Counted from the stretch's first letter, positions 1-9,222 are shown. The stretch: DNA of 54,763 nucleotides from Flavobacteriales bacterium (GCA_036405935.1 DASWWQ010000169.1:1-54763), one strand, 5' to 3'. Notes: a model not told the origin generated them from the letters alone. Made by a program: numbers and translations.

Positions 1-2084
1 GACTTCCGGAAATCCACGGGGCGGTTGATGAGCTTGAGGCCCGTGATCCGGATCGGAGCGGCCATGCTGTCCTGCATGAGTTCTTCGGGGTGGAAGTAGT
101 TGAAGCCGTTCACACCTCCGAACCAGAGCCGCCCGTCCACATCCTTGCAGTAGGCGTACCGGTTGAACTCGTTGCTCTGCAGACCATCGGTGATCCCGAA
201 GTTGCGGAAGGTCCTCGCCTTGCGGTCGTAGCACGCGATGCCCTGGTTGGTGCTCATCCACAGGTGACCCGCGTTGTCGGTGAGCACCCCGTAGACCACA
301 TCGTTCGGCAGCCCTTGTTTGGTGGTGATACGTTCCACCTCGCCCGTCCGCGTATCGAACCGGTTCAAGCCACCACCGCTGGTACCGATCCACAGCACAC
401 CGGTGGGGTCGTCCGGATCGGCGCAGATGGTGAAGATGATGTCCGTGGAGAACGACTTCGCGTTGCCCGGCATGGCGCGGAATTGCTTCCAACCACCGGT
501 ACGCGGATCCAAGCGGAACAGGCCCGACATGGTGCCCGCCCAGATGATGCCATCGGGACCTTCGTGTATGGCTGCCGTGAATGCGTAGGGGTCGTTCACT
601 GCTTTCACCGGCCAGCGGAACGGCGTGAATTCCCGCTTCCGCACATCGAACCGCCACAGCGCATGGTCGCCACCGAACCACAACGCGTCGTTCGTGCCCG
701 GCATCAGAGGGAAAGTATGTCCCGTCTCGGCATCCGGCGTTCCCTTGCCCACATTGAACAGCTCAACTTCACCACTGCGCGCTTCATAACGCATCAGCGC
801 ACCGGCGTTCATCGAGAACCAGTACTGCCCTTCCGGATCAAGCCATGCCATATCACTGTAGTCGTGCGTGGTCCGTACGTTGCGCGACGCAGGGATCGCA
901 CGCATCGACTTGATCCGCGTGGTGTACTTCCGTTGCGCGGGGTCGAACTCACCGAGCAATTCCCAATAGCGCCCGACCAGCACGGTTCCGTTCGATGTTG
1001 CCGTGAGCGATCGGATGCTGCGATCGTTCCAGGTATTGAAGCGTTCGATCCGTGGATCGTAGCGCAACAGCCCGTAGCCCGACGTGCCCAACCACATGGT
1101 ACCGCTCTTCTCGAAGAAGCAGACCAACAGGTCGGCCATGGCCAGCGCATGATGCGTGTCCGCCGCTCGGATCACGGTCATCCGCCGCTGCTTGGGATCA
1201 TAGCGGAACAGCCCGTTCGCGGTGGGCAGCCAGAGCATGCCGGCCTTGTCCAGTGTGAGCCTTTCGTTCGCCAACGGCTCCATCGGTCGTGCATGCACGT
1301 ATACGACGGATGATCGCCCGGTAGCGACATCGATCTCCACGATGTGGTCCACACCGACACCAAGAACGATGTTGCGCAACGTATCCTCCACGAAGCGAAG
1401 AGCCGGATGATAATAGGGGTCCGGTGTGCGATGCCATCCGGGAAGGGTGTCCAGCACATCGGTTCCATCGTGCCTGGGCGTCATGCGTTGGATGACGTGG
1501 TCCGTGGAGCCCCACAAGCGGCCGTCGCTGAAGATCTCGAAGGTGAAACTGCCCTCGTACCACCTTTTCGTGCATGGTGGAAGCGGCGCTCCGAATTCGA
1601 TCGGACCGGCGAACGTGAGTTTCACGAAGGCCCGGTTGCTCGATGCCCACAGGTCGCCGTTGTCGTCCAGTGCAATGCTCCCGGCCGCACCCCAATCGCC
1701 CATGGGATGCGTGAGCGGCATGTGGATGAAATTCTCCGTTGTGGGATCGAACAGGTCCACGCCCTTTCCGGTGCCCACCCACAGACGATCGTAGCGATCG
1801 ATGTAGAGCCCGCCGATGATGTTGGAGCTGATGCTCGTGCTGTCGTCCGGATCGTGGTTGAAGGACGTGAAGGTGTAGCCATCGTAGCGGTCCAGCCCAT
1901 CCTTGGTGCCGAACCAGAGGAAGCCGTACTTGTCCTGCACGATATCGTTCACCAAGCCTTGCGCAAGGCCGTCCTCGATGGTGATGGCCTTGAACGGGAA
2001 CTGGAGGGTGTCCACCTGCGCGTGCGATCCCCTGCCTCCGAAGCAGGCGAGCATCAGGACCCCGATGCGCAACACGTTCTTCAC
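1..2084 (-). CDS. Two-component sensor protein, N-terminal signal/TM segment plus beta-propeller (two-component regulator propeller / Y_Y_Y type) region. The C-terminal part lies beyond the left window edge.
   Basis: Absent from the ORF track because no stop lies in the window. My reverse-strand translation from GTG at 2084 reads VKNVLRIGVLMLACFGG. It then shows repeated blades (DKYGFLWFGTKDGLDRYDG, GVLWIGTSGGGLNRFD, GHLWMSTNQGIACYD, GRLWFGGVNGFNYFHPEEL) and stays open to position 1. The GTG overlaps the response-regulator stop (GTGA). Plus-strand ORFs 90..1313 and 1344..2360 are antisense shadows of this gene. Confidence 0.75.
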   Translation of the reverse strand, partial: MKNVLRIGVLMLACFGGRGSHAQVDTLQFPFKAITIEDGLAQGLVNDIVQDKYGFLWFGTKDGLDRYDGYTFTSFNHDPDDSTSISSNIIGGLYIDRYDRLWVGTGKGVDLFDPTTENFIHMPLTHPMGDWGAAGSIALDDNGDLWASSNRAFVKLTFAGPIEFGAPLPPCTKRWYEGSFTFEIFSDGRLWGSTDHVIQRMTPRHDGTDVLDTLPGWHRTPDPYYHPALRFVEDTLRNIVLGVGVDHIVEIDVATGRSSVVYVHARPMEPLANERLTLDKAGMLWLPTANGLFRYDPKQRRMTVIRAADTHHALAMADLLVCFFEKSGTMWLGTSGYGLLRYDPRIERFNTWNDRSIRSLTATSNGTVLVGRYWELLGEFDPAQRKYTTRIKSMRAIPASRNVRTTHDYSDMAWLDPEGQYWFSMNAGALMRYEARSGEVELFNVGKGTPDAETGHTFPLMPGTNDALWFGGDHALWRFDVRKREFTPFRWPVKAVNDPYAFTAAIHEGPDGIIWAGTMSGLFRLDPRTGGWKQFRAMPGNAKSFSTDIIFTICADPDDPTGVLWIGTSGGGLNRFDTRTGEVERITTKQGLPNDVVYGVLTDNAGHLWMSTNQGIACYDRKARTFRNFGITDGLQSNEFNRYAYCKDVDGRLWFGGVNGFNYFHPEELMQDSMAAPIRITGLKLINRPVDFRK

Positions 2085-2728
2085 GGCCTGTGTATCCCGT
2101 TGGTCATGGCGAAGACCACCAAACCGGCCACGTTGCGCGCGCCGGTCTTCAGCAGGATGTTGTTGCGATGCCCTTCCACCGTGCGTGGACTGAGGAAGAG
2201 CTGCTCCGCGATCTCCGGCGTGGTCTTCTCGGCACAGATCAGCTTCAGCACCTCGATCTCGCGTTCGCTGAGCGGATCGACCACGTTGAAGTACGGCCGC
2301 ACCTTGTTCTTCTTCACCAGCCCTTGCAACATCACCCGGCTCACCATGTCGCTGAAGTAGTAACCGCTTTCGGCCACGGAACGGATGGCGTTCTCGACCT
2401 CGCTGGCCTCGGCCGTCTTCAGCAGGTAGCCGTTGGCACCCAGTTCCATCAGGTGTACGATGAACTTCTCCTCCCCGTGCATGCTCAGCACCAGCACCTT
2501 CACCTCCGGATGATCGGTACGCATCCGTTCCATGGTCTCGATGCCGTCCATCACGGGCATCTCCAGGTCCAGCAGCACGATGTCCACCGGCACCACGGTG
2601 ATGGCCTTCAGCAGGTCCTTTCCGTTGGCGCATTCCAGGGCCACCTCGATGCCCTCCAGTTCGCGCAGCAGCATGGCCATGCCTTTCCGGAAGAGGTTCG
2701 TGTCGTCGGCGAGAGCGATGCGGATCAT
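2081..2728 (-). CDS. NarL/LuxR-family response regulator (REC + LuxR-type HTH)
   Basis: Taken from ORF 2081..2824, with the start moved to the internal ATG at 2728 (MIRIALADD...). Receiver signature IVLLDLEMPVMDG and C-terminal LSEREIEVLKLICAEKTTPEIAEQLFLSPRTVEGHRNNILLK. Confidence 0.9.
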   Translation of the reverse strand: MIRIALADDTNLFRKGMAMLLRELEGIEVALECANGKDLLKAITVVPVDIVLLDLEMPVMDGIETMERMRTDHPEVKVLVLSMHGEEKFIVHLMELGANGYLLKTAEASEVENAIRSVAESGYYFSDMVSRVMLQGLVKKNKVRPYFNVVDPLSEREIEVLKLICAEKTTPEIAEQLFLSPRTVEGHRNNILLKTGARNVAGLVVFAMTNGIHRP

Positions 2729-2780
2729 GGGGTGCAAGTTGTGGGCGTGCCTTCGCCCCGGTCCAGGTATTTCCACCTGT

Positions 2781-3134
2781 TCAGTGTTCCAGCGGGCCTG
2801 TGGAAGCCTGCTGCAGCGCGGCATCCGCTTCTGCGCTCCGCGCGAGTACGTCCTCGATCAACGCGGTACAGGCCTGTACGCCTTCGGTCCGCACGCGCTC
2901 CTCCAGTGTGGTGAGTGCTTCCATCAGCTCCTGGGCGCCCATCTGGTGGGCCATCGGACGGATGCTGTGGGCCGTGGCGGCCAAGGCTTCCGCATCGTCC
3001 GACAAGGCGTGCATCTCCAGTTCGGTGAAGAGCGCCGGTGCTTCGGACAGATACAGCGCGATGTACCTCGCCATGCGCGCGCGATCGCCGTTGCAGAAGC
3101 GCTCCAGGAAGGAGAGGTCGATGGGAGAGGGCAT
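2781..3134 (-). CDS. Stand-alone Hpt (histidine phosphotransfer) domain protein
   Basis: 117 aa, all-helical. LERFCNGD...YLSEAP...ALAATAHSIRPMAHQMGAQEL fits the Hpt pattern, with the phospho-His in AHSIRP. Same strand, immediately upstream of the response regulator. Confidence 0.75.
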   Translation of the reverse strand: MPSPIDLSFLERFCNGDRARMARYIALYLSEAPALFTELEMHALSDDAEALAATAHSIRPMAHQMGAQELMEALTTLEERVRTEGVQACTALIEDVLARSAEADAALQQASTGPLEH

Positions 3135-3339
3135 CGGGCCGGAAGGTAGAAAGGCAGCCTCAAGAACGGCGGCGGCCCCCGACGGAATGGACCGGGTGAA
3201 GGGCTTGTTCGGTCCGTGTTATCCTTCCCGGTTGCTTGGAGCGCGATCCTTCCACGCACTAAGGATCGGATAGGCCATGCGCAGCGTGTGCGCCGAATGT
3301 AAAGGGCCCTTCGCCACCTTTACCTCCACACTCCACGGC

Positions 3340-3693
3340 ATGCTCCTCGCGAAGATCCTCCTATGGACGGCCCGCATCGTCGGCGGCATCGTCCTCCTCT
3401 CCTTGTTGTTCACGGTGGTTCCGGAGATGCTCCGGGCCGATCCCGCAAAGGGCGAAGGATTGCCCGACAACCGCGCGCGCCTCGCCTTCCTGTGCTTCCC
3501 CGTGCTGATGTTGCTCGGATTGGCCCTGGCCTACTGGAAGCCCGGGCTCGGTGGTACGGTATCCTTGGTCGGCATGGCGGCTTTCTTCATGCTGCGTCCC
3601 GACCTGACCGGCGACCCGTTCATGCTTGCGCTCTGGATCCCCGGAGGTCTGTACGTGGGGTATGCGCTGTGCATGAGGATGGCGGCGGAGTAA
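3340..3693 (+). CDS. Small integral membrane protein, function unknown
   Basis: ORF 3277..3693 trimmed to the ATG at 3340 (MLLAKILLWTARIVGGIVLL...). Three to four hydrophobic helices. Confidence 0.5.
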   Translation: MLLAKILLWTARIVGGIVLLSLLFTVVPEMLRADPAKGEGLPDNRARLAFLCFPVLMLLGLALAYWKPGLGGTVSLVGMAAFFMLRPDLTGDPFMLALWIPGGLYVGYALCMRMAAE

Positions 3694-3731
3694 GCGATTG
3701 TCGCAAGTGCGTAATGTGCTTCCATTCGATC

Positions 3732-4346
3732 TCAGGTGCCGAGTTTCACTTGCAAGTGCTTCCCCGGTTCGGTGAATGGTATGATCAGCAGTCCGACACC
3801 GATCCCGATGACGCAGGGTGTAGCCACGCGCAGGTAACGGTCCGAGTTGAAAGTGCCGTCCCGGAAGCGCATGGCCTTCAAGGGCGCATAGATCAACAGA
3901 CCGATCGCGGAGAAAAGGGTGATCACTTGACCCATGCCGGCCGTGCTTGGATCGTATCGGATATGATCGATGCGGCCAAGTGCGTAGGTCCTGGGGACGT
4001 TCACGGTATCGTTCGTGAAACAGGTGATGTCCTTACCCTTTATTGGGGGATACAAATAGTTCTCATGGATCGACTCCGACCAATGTTCTGAGGCCAGCCA
4101 GACCGATATTGAATCGGGAGTCGTGAACTGCAGCATCCCTATCACGCGATGTTCATGCGTCACTCCTTCGATCGCCGGCAAGCTGTCCTTCAGATGCAGG
4201 GTGATCTGGCGATACGGCTTCAGGAACTTCGGCTTTCCGTTCGCCTTGATGAACTCGTACCGGAGATGCGTGTCGTACTCCTGCGCACAGACCACCAAGG
4301 GCAGGAGCAGGGCCCCCAGAAGCAAGGAGCGGAGCAGTGGTGACAT
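3732..4346 (-). CDS. Hypothetical secreted/membrane-anchored protein
   Basis: 204 aa. Signal peptide MSPLLRSLLLGALLLPLVVCAQ and C-terminal hydrophobic segments. Lower GC than surroundings (a 60-nt sample gives 53%). Confidence 0.55.
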   Translation of the reverse strand: MSPLLRSLLLGALLLPLVVCAQEYDTHLRYEFIKANGKPKFLKPYRQITLHLKDSLPAIEGVTHEHRVIGMLQFTTPDSISVWLASEHWSESIHENYLYPPIKGKDITCFTNDTVNVPRTYALGRIDHIRYDPSTAGMGQVITLFSAIGLLIYAPLKAMRFRDGTFNSDRYLRVATPCVIGIGVGLLIIPFTEPGKHLQVKLGT

Positions 4347-4447
4347 GGCCCGAACTTACGGGGTTGGAAGGGATGGCGTGCCGCATGTGTCACTTAGAAC
4401 CAGTCGCTTGCCGCTTTCATCGTACAGGAAAGTGCTAGGGAAGGTGG

Positions 4448-5134
4448 TCAACGCTCCTTCCTCGGGATCCAGTCCAACAATCCGATCAGTTCCGAATGAT
4501 ACTCGGCCACCCCACCATCGATCCGCTCAGTACCTCTGAGGCCGGTGAAACGATCCCGCCATCCGTCCAGATCATGCGCTGCACAGAGGAATAGATAGGC
4601 GACCAGTTCCTCGTTCAGGAAAGAGGCCGAATGAAGTCGCTTCTCCCATTGCTCAAGTTGAACGGTAGTGGGTACAGGTAGTTCAACGATCAAGGTGGAG
4701 CGCGTATCGATTGTCATGTTACCGCTTGGGTCCGCTGACCTGCTGAATTCCCATTTCCAACACGGTACGCTCATAAGATCCAGGAGCGGACCTTGAGGTA
4801 CCGTCATCAGCTCCATCACCACCAGCGAGGAATCCGTCACGGAGATGGTACACGTTTCCACAGCACTCCATTCGTGAAAGGAGGTGTCGGGGGCGGAGCA
4901 GTCATAAAGAGTGAACTCGGAAAAGAACGTGCCTTCATTCCCTCGGTCGATGTAGCCACAGAGCCCGATGGTGAGGTCCGATGTCACATGGAACAAGGAG
5001 TCCGGCGGTTTCAACTCATCATCCAGAAAGTCCCGGCATTGGCACGCGGGTACTTGACCGAAGGCGCTGTCGGAGCTGAAGCAAATGACCATGGCAACGG
5101 CCAGTAGAGCTCGCGACAACTGTAGAAAGGGCAT
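4448..5134 (-). CDS. Hypothetical secreted protein
   Basis: ORF 4448..5242 trimmed to the ATG at 5134 (MPFLQLSRALLAVAMVICFSSDSAFGQ signal peptide). No recognisable domain. Confidence 0.5.
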   Translation of the reverse strand: MPFLQLSRALLAVAMVICFSSDSAFGQVPACQCRDFLDDELKPPDSLFHVTSDLTIGLCGYIDRGNEGTFFSEFTLYDCSAPDTSFHEWSAVETCTISVTDSSLVVMELMTVPQGPLLDLMSVPCWKWEFSRSADPSGNMTIDTRSTLIVELPVPTTVQLEQWEKRLHSASFLNEELVAYLFLCAAHDLDGWRDRFTGLRGTERIDGGVAEYHSELIGLLDWIPRKER

Positions 5135-5238
5135 GGGGTAGGGAAAACAGTGGCACTGCAACGATCCCGAAGGTAGCGTACCCCCAACGTCAAAAGGGCC
5201 CCCTTGCGGGAGCCCCTTCGATCGAAGAGCGGTAGCTA

Positions 5239-6828
5239 TCATTCCACCAGGATGCTGGCGGCCGACCGCGTACCCCCTTGCTGTATCGTCAGCAGGTAGG
5301 CGCCCGGGCTCAGGGCGTCCGGCAGTTGCAGTTGGATCCGGTCGATGCCGTTGGCGTATTGCGTGGCCCGATAGGTCTGCACGAGCCGTCCGTCCGAAGT
5401 ATGGAGCAGGATACGTGCATCGGCGGAGATCGCACCGGCGGTCCGCACCACGATCGTATTGCCGGAGGCGGCGGGGTTCGGCATCACCAGAGCGGAGCCA
5501 AGCTCCTGTGTATCGGCGATGCCGTTGCTGAGGTCGTTCTTCAGGCGGGCGAGCAGGAAGTGGTTCTCGTTGTTCTCCGTGCGGGCCTGTCCACCCACCA
5601 GCACCTGGCCGTCGGCCTGCAGGGCCAGGCCGTAGATCATGGCGTACCGGTCCGGAACCCCGGGCATGGCCAGGCCGTTGTTCCCGAAGTCGGTGTCGCG
5701 CGTGCCGTCGCTGGCGTATTTCCAGACGGCCATGTCGAAGCCGTTGGGCGGTCCTTCACCCGAGGTTCCGGCCATGATGATGCGGCCGTCGGGCTGCAAT
5801 TCCAGTTCCCACGCATAGTCGAACTGGTCGAGGTCCTCCTCCACGGCACCATTGTCGCCGAAGGTGTCGTCCACTTCGCCGGTGGAGGTGAACTTCATCA
5901 GCAAGGCGCTGTAGTTGTAGTCCACGGTCACTGTTTTTCCCGCCACGATGATGGAGCCGTCCGCGGTCAGTTCCAGGTCGTAGGCCTCATCGTCCACGTT
6001 CCCATGGTTGTGCTTCACGATGCCATCGTCGCTGAAGGTGCCGTCGAGTGTGCCGTCGGCATTGAAGCGCACGAGGAGCAGCGTGTACCACAGTTCCGTC
6101 TCCCCGAAGAAGCCGGCGGCCACGATCTTGCCATCGGGCTGCAGTTGGAATGCCTTGAATGCCGAGGAGCCCACGGCCATCACCGGGATGCTGGCCACCC
6201 CTTGATCACCGAAGGTGGTGTCCAGATCCCCAGTGGCGGTGAAACGCACCACCACCGGGCGGCGCACGTAGTTCTCGTCGTGCGAGCTGCCGCAGACCAG
6301 GATGCGCCCTTCGCTGTCCAGCGCCACATCGAAGGCCATGTCCTCCGCATTCGCACCGGCGGGACTCACGAGCCGCGCCACCACGCCACCGATCCCGAAG
6401 TCCGGGTCGAGCGTGCCGTCGCTGTTGAGCTGGATCAGCAGGATCCGGTACTTCTGGTAATCGGTGGTGGCACCCACCAACAGGATCTTCCCGTCGGCCT
6501 TCACCACGGCGGAATAGAGCAGGGCCTCATTGTCCAGTTCGTGCATGAACACCCCGTCCGTGGCGAAATCGGTGTCGAGCGTGCCATCGGGCAGGTAGCG
6601 GAAGGCATAGGCGCGAGCGGTGTAGGTGGCATCCCAGCTCATCCCGAGGGTGATGATCTTCTGGTCGGGCTGCACCACGATGCGTTGCACGCCGTCCATG
6701 TTGTTCACGGGCTGGATCACGTAGCCCGTGCCGTTGAAGCTGGGGTCGAACGTGCCGAACTGGGCTGGGAGGGTGCCGAAGCACAGCAGCCCGAAGGCCG
6801 CAAGGAGGGAGGGTCGCAGTGTTCTCAT
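5239..6828 (-). CDS. Delta-60 repeat (beta-propeller) secreted protein with T9SS C-terminal sorting domain
   Basis: 529 aa with a signal peptide. Repeated DGTLDxxFGxxG / DGKILVxG units. C-terminus LVMPNPAASGNTIVVR...YLLTIQQGGTRSAASILVE is typical of T9SS CTDs. Confidence 0.75.
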   Translation of the reverse strand: MRTLRPSLLAAFGLLCFGTLPAQFGTFDPSFNGTGYVIQPVNNMDGVQRIVVQPDQKIITLGMSWDATYTARAYAFRYLPDGTLDTDFATDGVFMHELDNEALLYSAVVKADGKILLVGATTDYQKYRILLIQLNSDGTLDPDFGIGGVVARLVSPAGANAEDMAFDVALDSEGRILVCGSSHDENYVRRPVVVRFTATGDLDTTFGDQGVASIPVMAVGSSAFKAFQLQPDGKIVAAGFFGETELWYTLLLVRFNADGTLDGTFSDDGIVKHNHGNVDDEAYDLELTADGSIIVAGKTVTVDYNYSALLMKFTSTGEVDDTFGDNGAVEEDLDQFDYAWELELQPDGRIIMAGTSGEGPPNGFDMAVWKYASDGTRDTDFGNNGLAMPGVPDRYAMIYGLALQADGQVLVGGQARTENNENHFLLARLKNDLSNGIADTQELGSALVMPNPAASGNTIVVRTAGAISADARILLHTSDGRLVQTYRATQYANGIDRIQLQLPDALSPGAYLLTIQQGGTRSAASILVE

Positions 6829-7013
6829 GTGGAGGGTGTTTCGTTGTCGGCTGGATTTTCGGGTAGGTCCTTCCGTTTCAGCGCCTCGAGTTGTTCGAGC
6901 AGTTTCCGCCAGGCCGCTTGCTTCTCCTTCGCTCGTTCATGCATGCGTTCGAGGCGGGCCAAAGCGTCGGCCGGATCGGCGGATTTCGGGTGACGGATGG
7001 GGTCGTGGGTCAT
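6825..7013 (-). CDS. Small charged helical protein, hypothetical
   Basis: 62 aa. Its stop overlaps the downstream start (ATGA at 6825..6828), suggesting coupling. No homology recognised. Confidence 0.35.
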   Translation of the reverse strand: MTHDPIRHPKSADPADALARLERMHERAKEKQAAWRKLLEQLEALKRKDLPENPADNETPST

Positions 7014-7209
7014 GGACGGACTTCATTCCGCCAAGGGTGGATGGGAAGCCGGGGCGAATGTGCGGGGTGGTCCGGCCAGGTGGTGCCGGAAGAGACCCCA
7101 CATCCACTGCACAGCCGAACAGAAGGACCTTACATCCGCATTACAGGCCGAGCTAACCAGCTGATGAACAATAGGTTGGTGGCGATGGTTCCTTGGCCTG
7201 AAAATGCCG

Positions 7210-7327
7210 CAACGCAGAGGGCAAAGGCGCAAAGGACGCAGGGTCTGGAACGCTGAACGGCGCCACCAAGCGGGAGCCAAAGCATGGGAATAGCTCTGCG
7301 GCCTCCGCATCTCCGCCCTCTGCGTTG
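7210..7327. repeat. 13-bp perfect inverted repeat (CAACGCAGAGGGC / GCCCTCTGCGTTG) enclosing 92 nt
   Basis: Arms at 7210..7222 and 7315..7327. The right arm lies 8 nt beyond the stop of the TPR-LuxR regulator gene. The loop contains GCAAAGGCGCAAAGGACGCAG. Confidence 0.6.
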
Positions 7328-7334
7328 GACCGAT

Positions 7335-9041
7335 TCAGATCGACTGCAGGAAACCGATCAGGTTCACCTCCTCCCCCTCGATGCCGAGCTTCTTCCGGAG
7401 CCGTGAACGGGCCACGGTGATGCTGTTCAGGGTCTGCTGGGTGATGGCCGAGATGTCCTTGGTGGACATGTTCAGGCGGAGGAAGGCACAGAGCTTCCGT
7501 TCGTTGGGGGTGAGTTCGGGGAAGCGCTCCTGCAGCGTGCGGTAGAAGTTGGAGTGCACCCGGGTGAAGTGCGCCTCGAACGCCGCCCAGTTGTGTTCGT
7601 CGTGGTTCGCCTGAAGATCCCGGACGATCTCCTGGATCACCTGCTGGTTCTCCTGGCGGAAGGTGGGTTTGGCCTTCAGCAGGCGTTCGGCGATGTGCGC
7701 GATCAGCTCGTTGCGCTTCAATAGGAACAGGGCGTTGGCCGTCAGCTCGCGGTCCTTGGAGTCGAGGTTCTCGCGCAACGAGGCCTGCTCCGCCTCCAGC
7801 TTCTCGCTCTCCAACCGGAGCTTCTCGCTCTCCAGGCGCAGCTTCTCCTGTTCCAGGCGACTGTTCCTTACCCGCGCGCGCATCACCTTGAAGAGCAGGA
7901 AGGCGGTGAGCAGGAGGAAGAACAGCGCCCCGGCCAAGGCGATGTTCCAAAGGCGTTGCCGCGCATTCTCAGCGTCCTTGCGCTGCGCTTCCGCGCGGAA
8001 GGTCTCCCGTTCCTTGTCGCGCCGGAACTCCTCCTCCAGGCGGGCGATGGTCAACCGGCTGTCGGCGTTGTAGAGGCTGTCGTTGAGCGCCTTGAAGGCG
8101 CGGTGTGCGTCGAGCGCCGCCTCGTGGTTGCGCAGGGTGTCGTACACGAGCGACAAGGATTCCAGGGAGATCACCATCGACTCCCGGCTGCCGATCGCCT
8201 TGCCGATGGCCAGGGCCTTCTCGAAATGCTCCTGCGCCTCGGCGAACCGCCCGTAGAACACCTGGTTCTTCCCGAGGTTGTTCAGCACCTGCGCCTGACC
8301 ACGGGCATCACCCAGTTCCTTCCGCACGGCCAGCGACCGCAGGAAGTGCTCGTTGGCCCGGTCGTACTGCCCCATCTCCATCAGGCAGATGCCGATGTTG
8401 TTGTTCAAGGAGCTTTCGTTGCGCAGGTCGTGCAAGGGCCGGTTCATGCGTACGGCCTGCTCGAAGTAGGGCAGGGCCGTGGCGTAGTCGGAACGTTGGA
8501 TGTACACGCCGGCCATGTTGTTGAAGAGGCGCACCTTGCGCAACGCCAGCTGTGCGGTGTCCAAGCCCTGCGCCCCATCCAGGATACGCAAGGCCTCGTT
8601 GTAGCTGGCGATGCTCTTGTCCAGATCGCGCAGGTGGAAGTGCAACAGGCCGATGGCCATGCGGATGTCGGCCTGGGCCAGCCGCAGCTCCGGGGCTTCG
8701 GGGGACTTCGTCAACGCCTCCTCCACCGTGCGCTGCGCCCGCTGGTAGGTGGCCAGTGCAGCGGGCATCTCCCGCACGCCTTGGTAGGCATCGCCCAAGG
8801 TGATCAGCACACGCGCCCGATCGGCCGGTGATCGCATCGTATCGATGTGCTGTTCGTCCCGCAGCGCGAGCGCCAAGGCGGAGTCGGGATCCAAGGAGTG
8901 CCGGGTCCGTTCCGCATCGGGCGACGGGGTGCCCTGTTGGGCCGAGGCCGGGATGCTCACCAAGGCGATCAGCAACGCGATGCACCCTTGGAGCACGCGT
9001 GTGCTCCGTGACGAAGCGATGGGGCGGATCCGGTCGGTCAT
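7335..9041 (-). CDS. TPR-repeat protein with transmembrane/coiled-coil segment and C-terminal LuxR-type HTH (Bacteroidota TPR-LuxR regulator)
   Basis: ORF 7335..9173 trimmed to the ATG at 9041 (MTDRIRPIASS..., signal-like LIALVSIPASAQQ). Multiple TPR-like repeats, a TM helix (IALAGALFFLLLTAFLLF) and a coiled coil. C-terminal LTPNERKLCAFLRLNMSTKDISAITQQTLNSITVARSRLRKKLG. Confidence 0.8.
   Translation of the reverse strand: MTDRIRPIASSRSTRVLQGCIALLIALVSIPASAQQGTPSPDAERTRHSLDPDSALALALRDEQHIDTMRSPADRARVLITLGDAYQGVREMPAALATYQRAQRTVEEALTKSPEAPELRLAQADIRMAIGLLHFHLRDLDKSIASYNEALRILDGAQGLDTAQLALRKVRLFNNMAGVYIQRSDYATALPYFEQAVRMNRPLHDLRNESSLNNNIGICLMEMGQYDRANEHFLRSLAVRKELGDARGQAQVLNNLGKNQVFYGRFAEAQEHFEKALAIGKAIGSRESMVISLESLSLVYDTLRNHEAALDAHRAFKALNDSLYNADSRLTIARLEEEFRRDKERETFRAEAQRKDAENARQRLWNIALAGALFFLLLTAFLLFKVMRARVRNSRLEQEKLRLESEKLRLESEKLEAEQASLRENLDSKDRELTANALFLLKRNELIAHIAERLLKAKPTFRQENQQVIQEIVRDLQANHDEHNWAAFEAHFTRVHSNFYRTLQERFPELTPNERKLCAFLRLNMSTKDISAITQQTLNSITVARSRLRKKLGIEGEEVNLIGFLQSI
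7799..7861 (-). repeat. 3 x 21-bp tandem repeat inside the regulator coiled coil (encodes EKLRLES heptads)
   Basis: The three units are gcttctcgctctccaaccgga, gcttctcgctctccaggcgca and gcttctcctgttccaggcgac. Confidence 0.7.
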
Positions 9042-9222
9042 CAACGGTGGCGGGGTGGCGGCCAAAACTAAGTGGACCTTCCGGCCAGGACAATCGCGTT
9101 GCTCCGGTCGTTCCCCACCGCATGGAATGCACGAACGGCACCAGCCATATCGCGCTGCGATCCGGCGGGACAACCCAGCGGCCGGAACGCAAGGGGGCGT
9201 CGGTCGGTGCTCTTGGCGCCGC

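Noticed and set aside
90-2360. Long plus-strand ORFs 90..1313 (407 aa) and 1344..2360 (338 aa)
   Set aside because: Their translations are Val/Ala/Arg/His-rich with no motifs. The opposite strand gives an uninterrupted frame with clear propeller-sensor repeats, so these are antisense shadows in high-GC DNA.
5278-6993. 571-aa plus-strand ORF opposite the delta-60 repeat gene
   Set aside because: It is a shadow ORF. The minus-strand product has a signal peptide, a regular repeat structure and a T9SS C-terminal domain, whereas the plus-strand product is low-complexity.
7153-9192. ORFs 7153..7950 (265 aa), 7956..8831 (291 aa) and 8308..9192 (294 aa)
   Set aside because: They are out of frame or antisense to the TPR-LuxR regulator gene, which has coherent TPR, TM and HTH features. 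Their compositions are Pro/Arg/Gly-rich.
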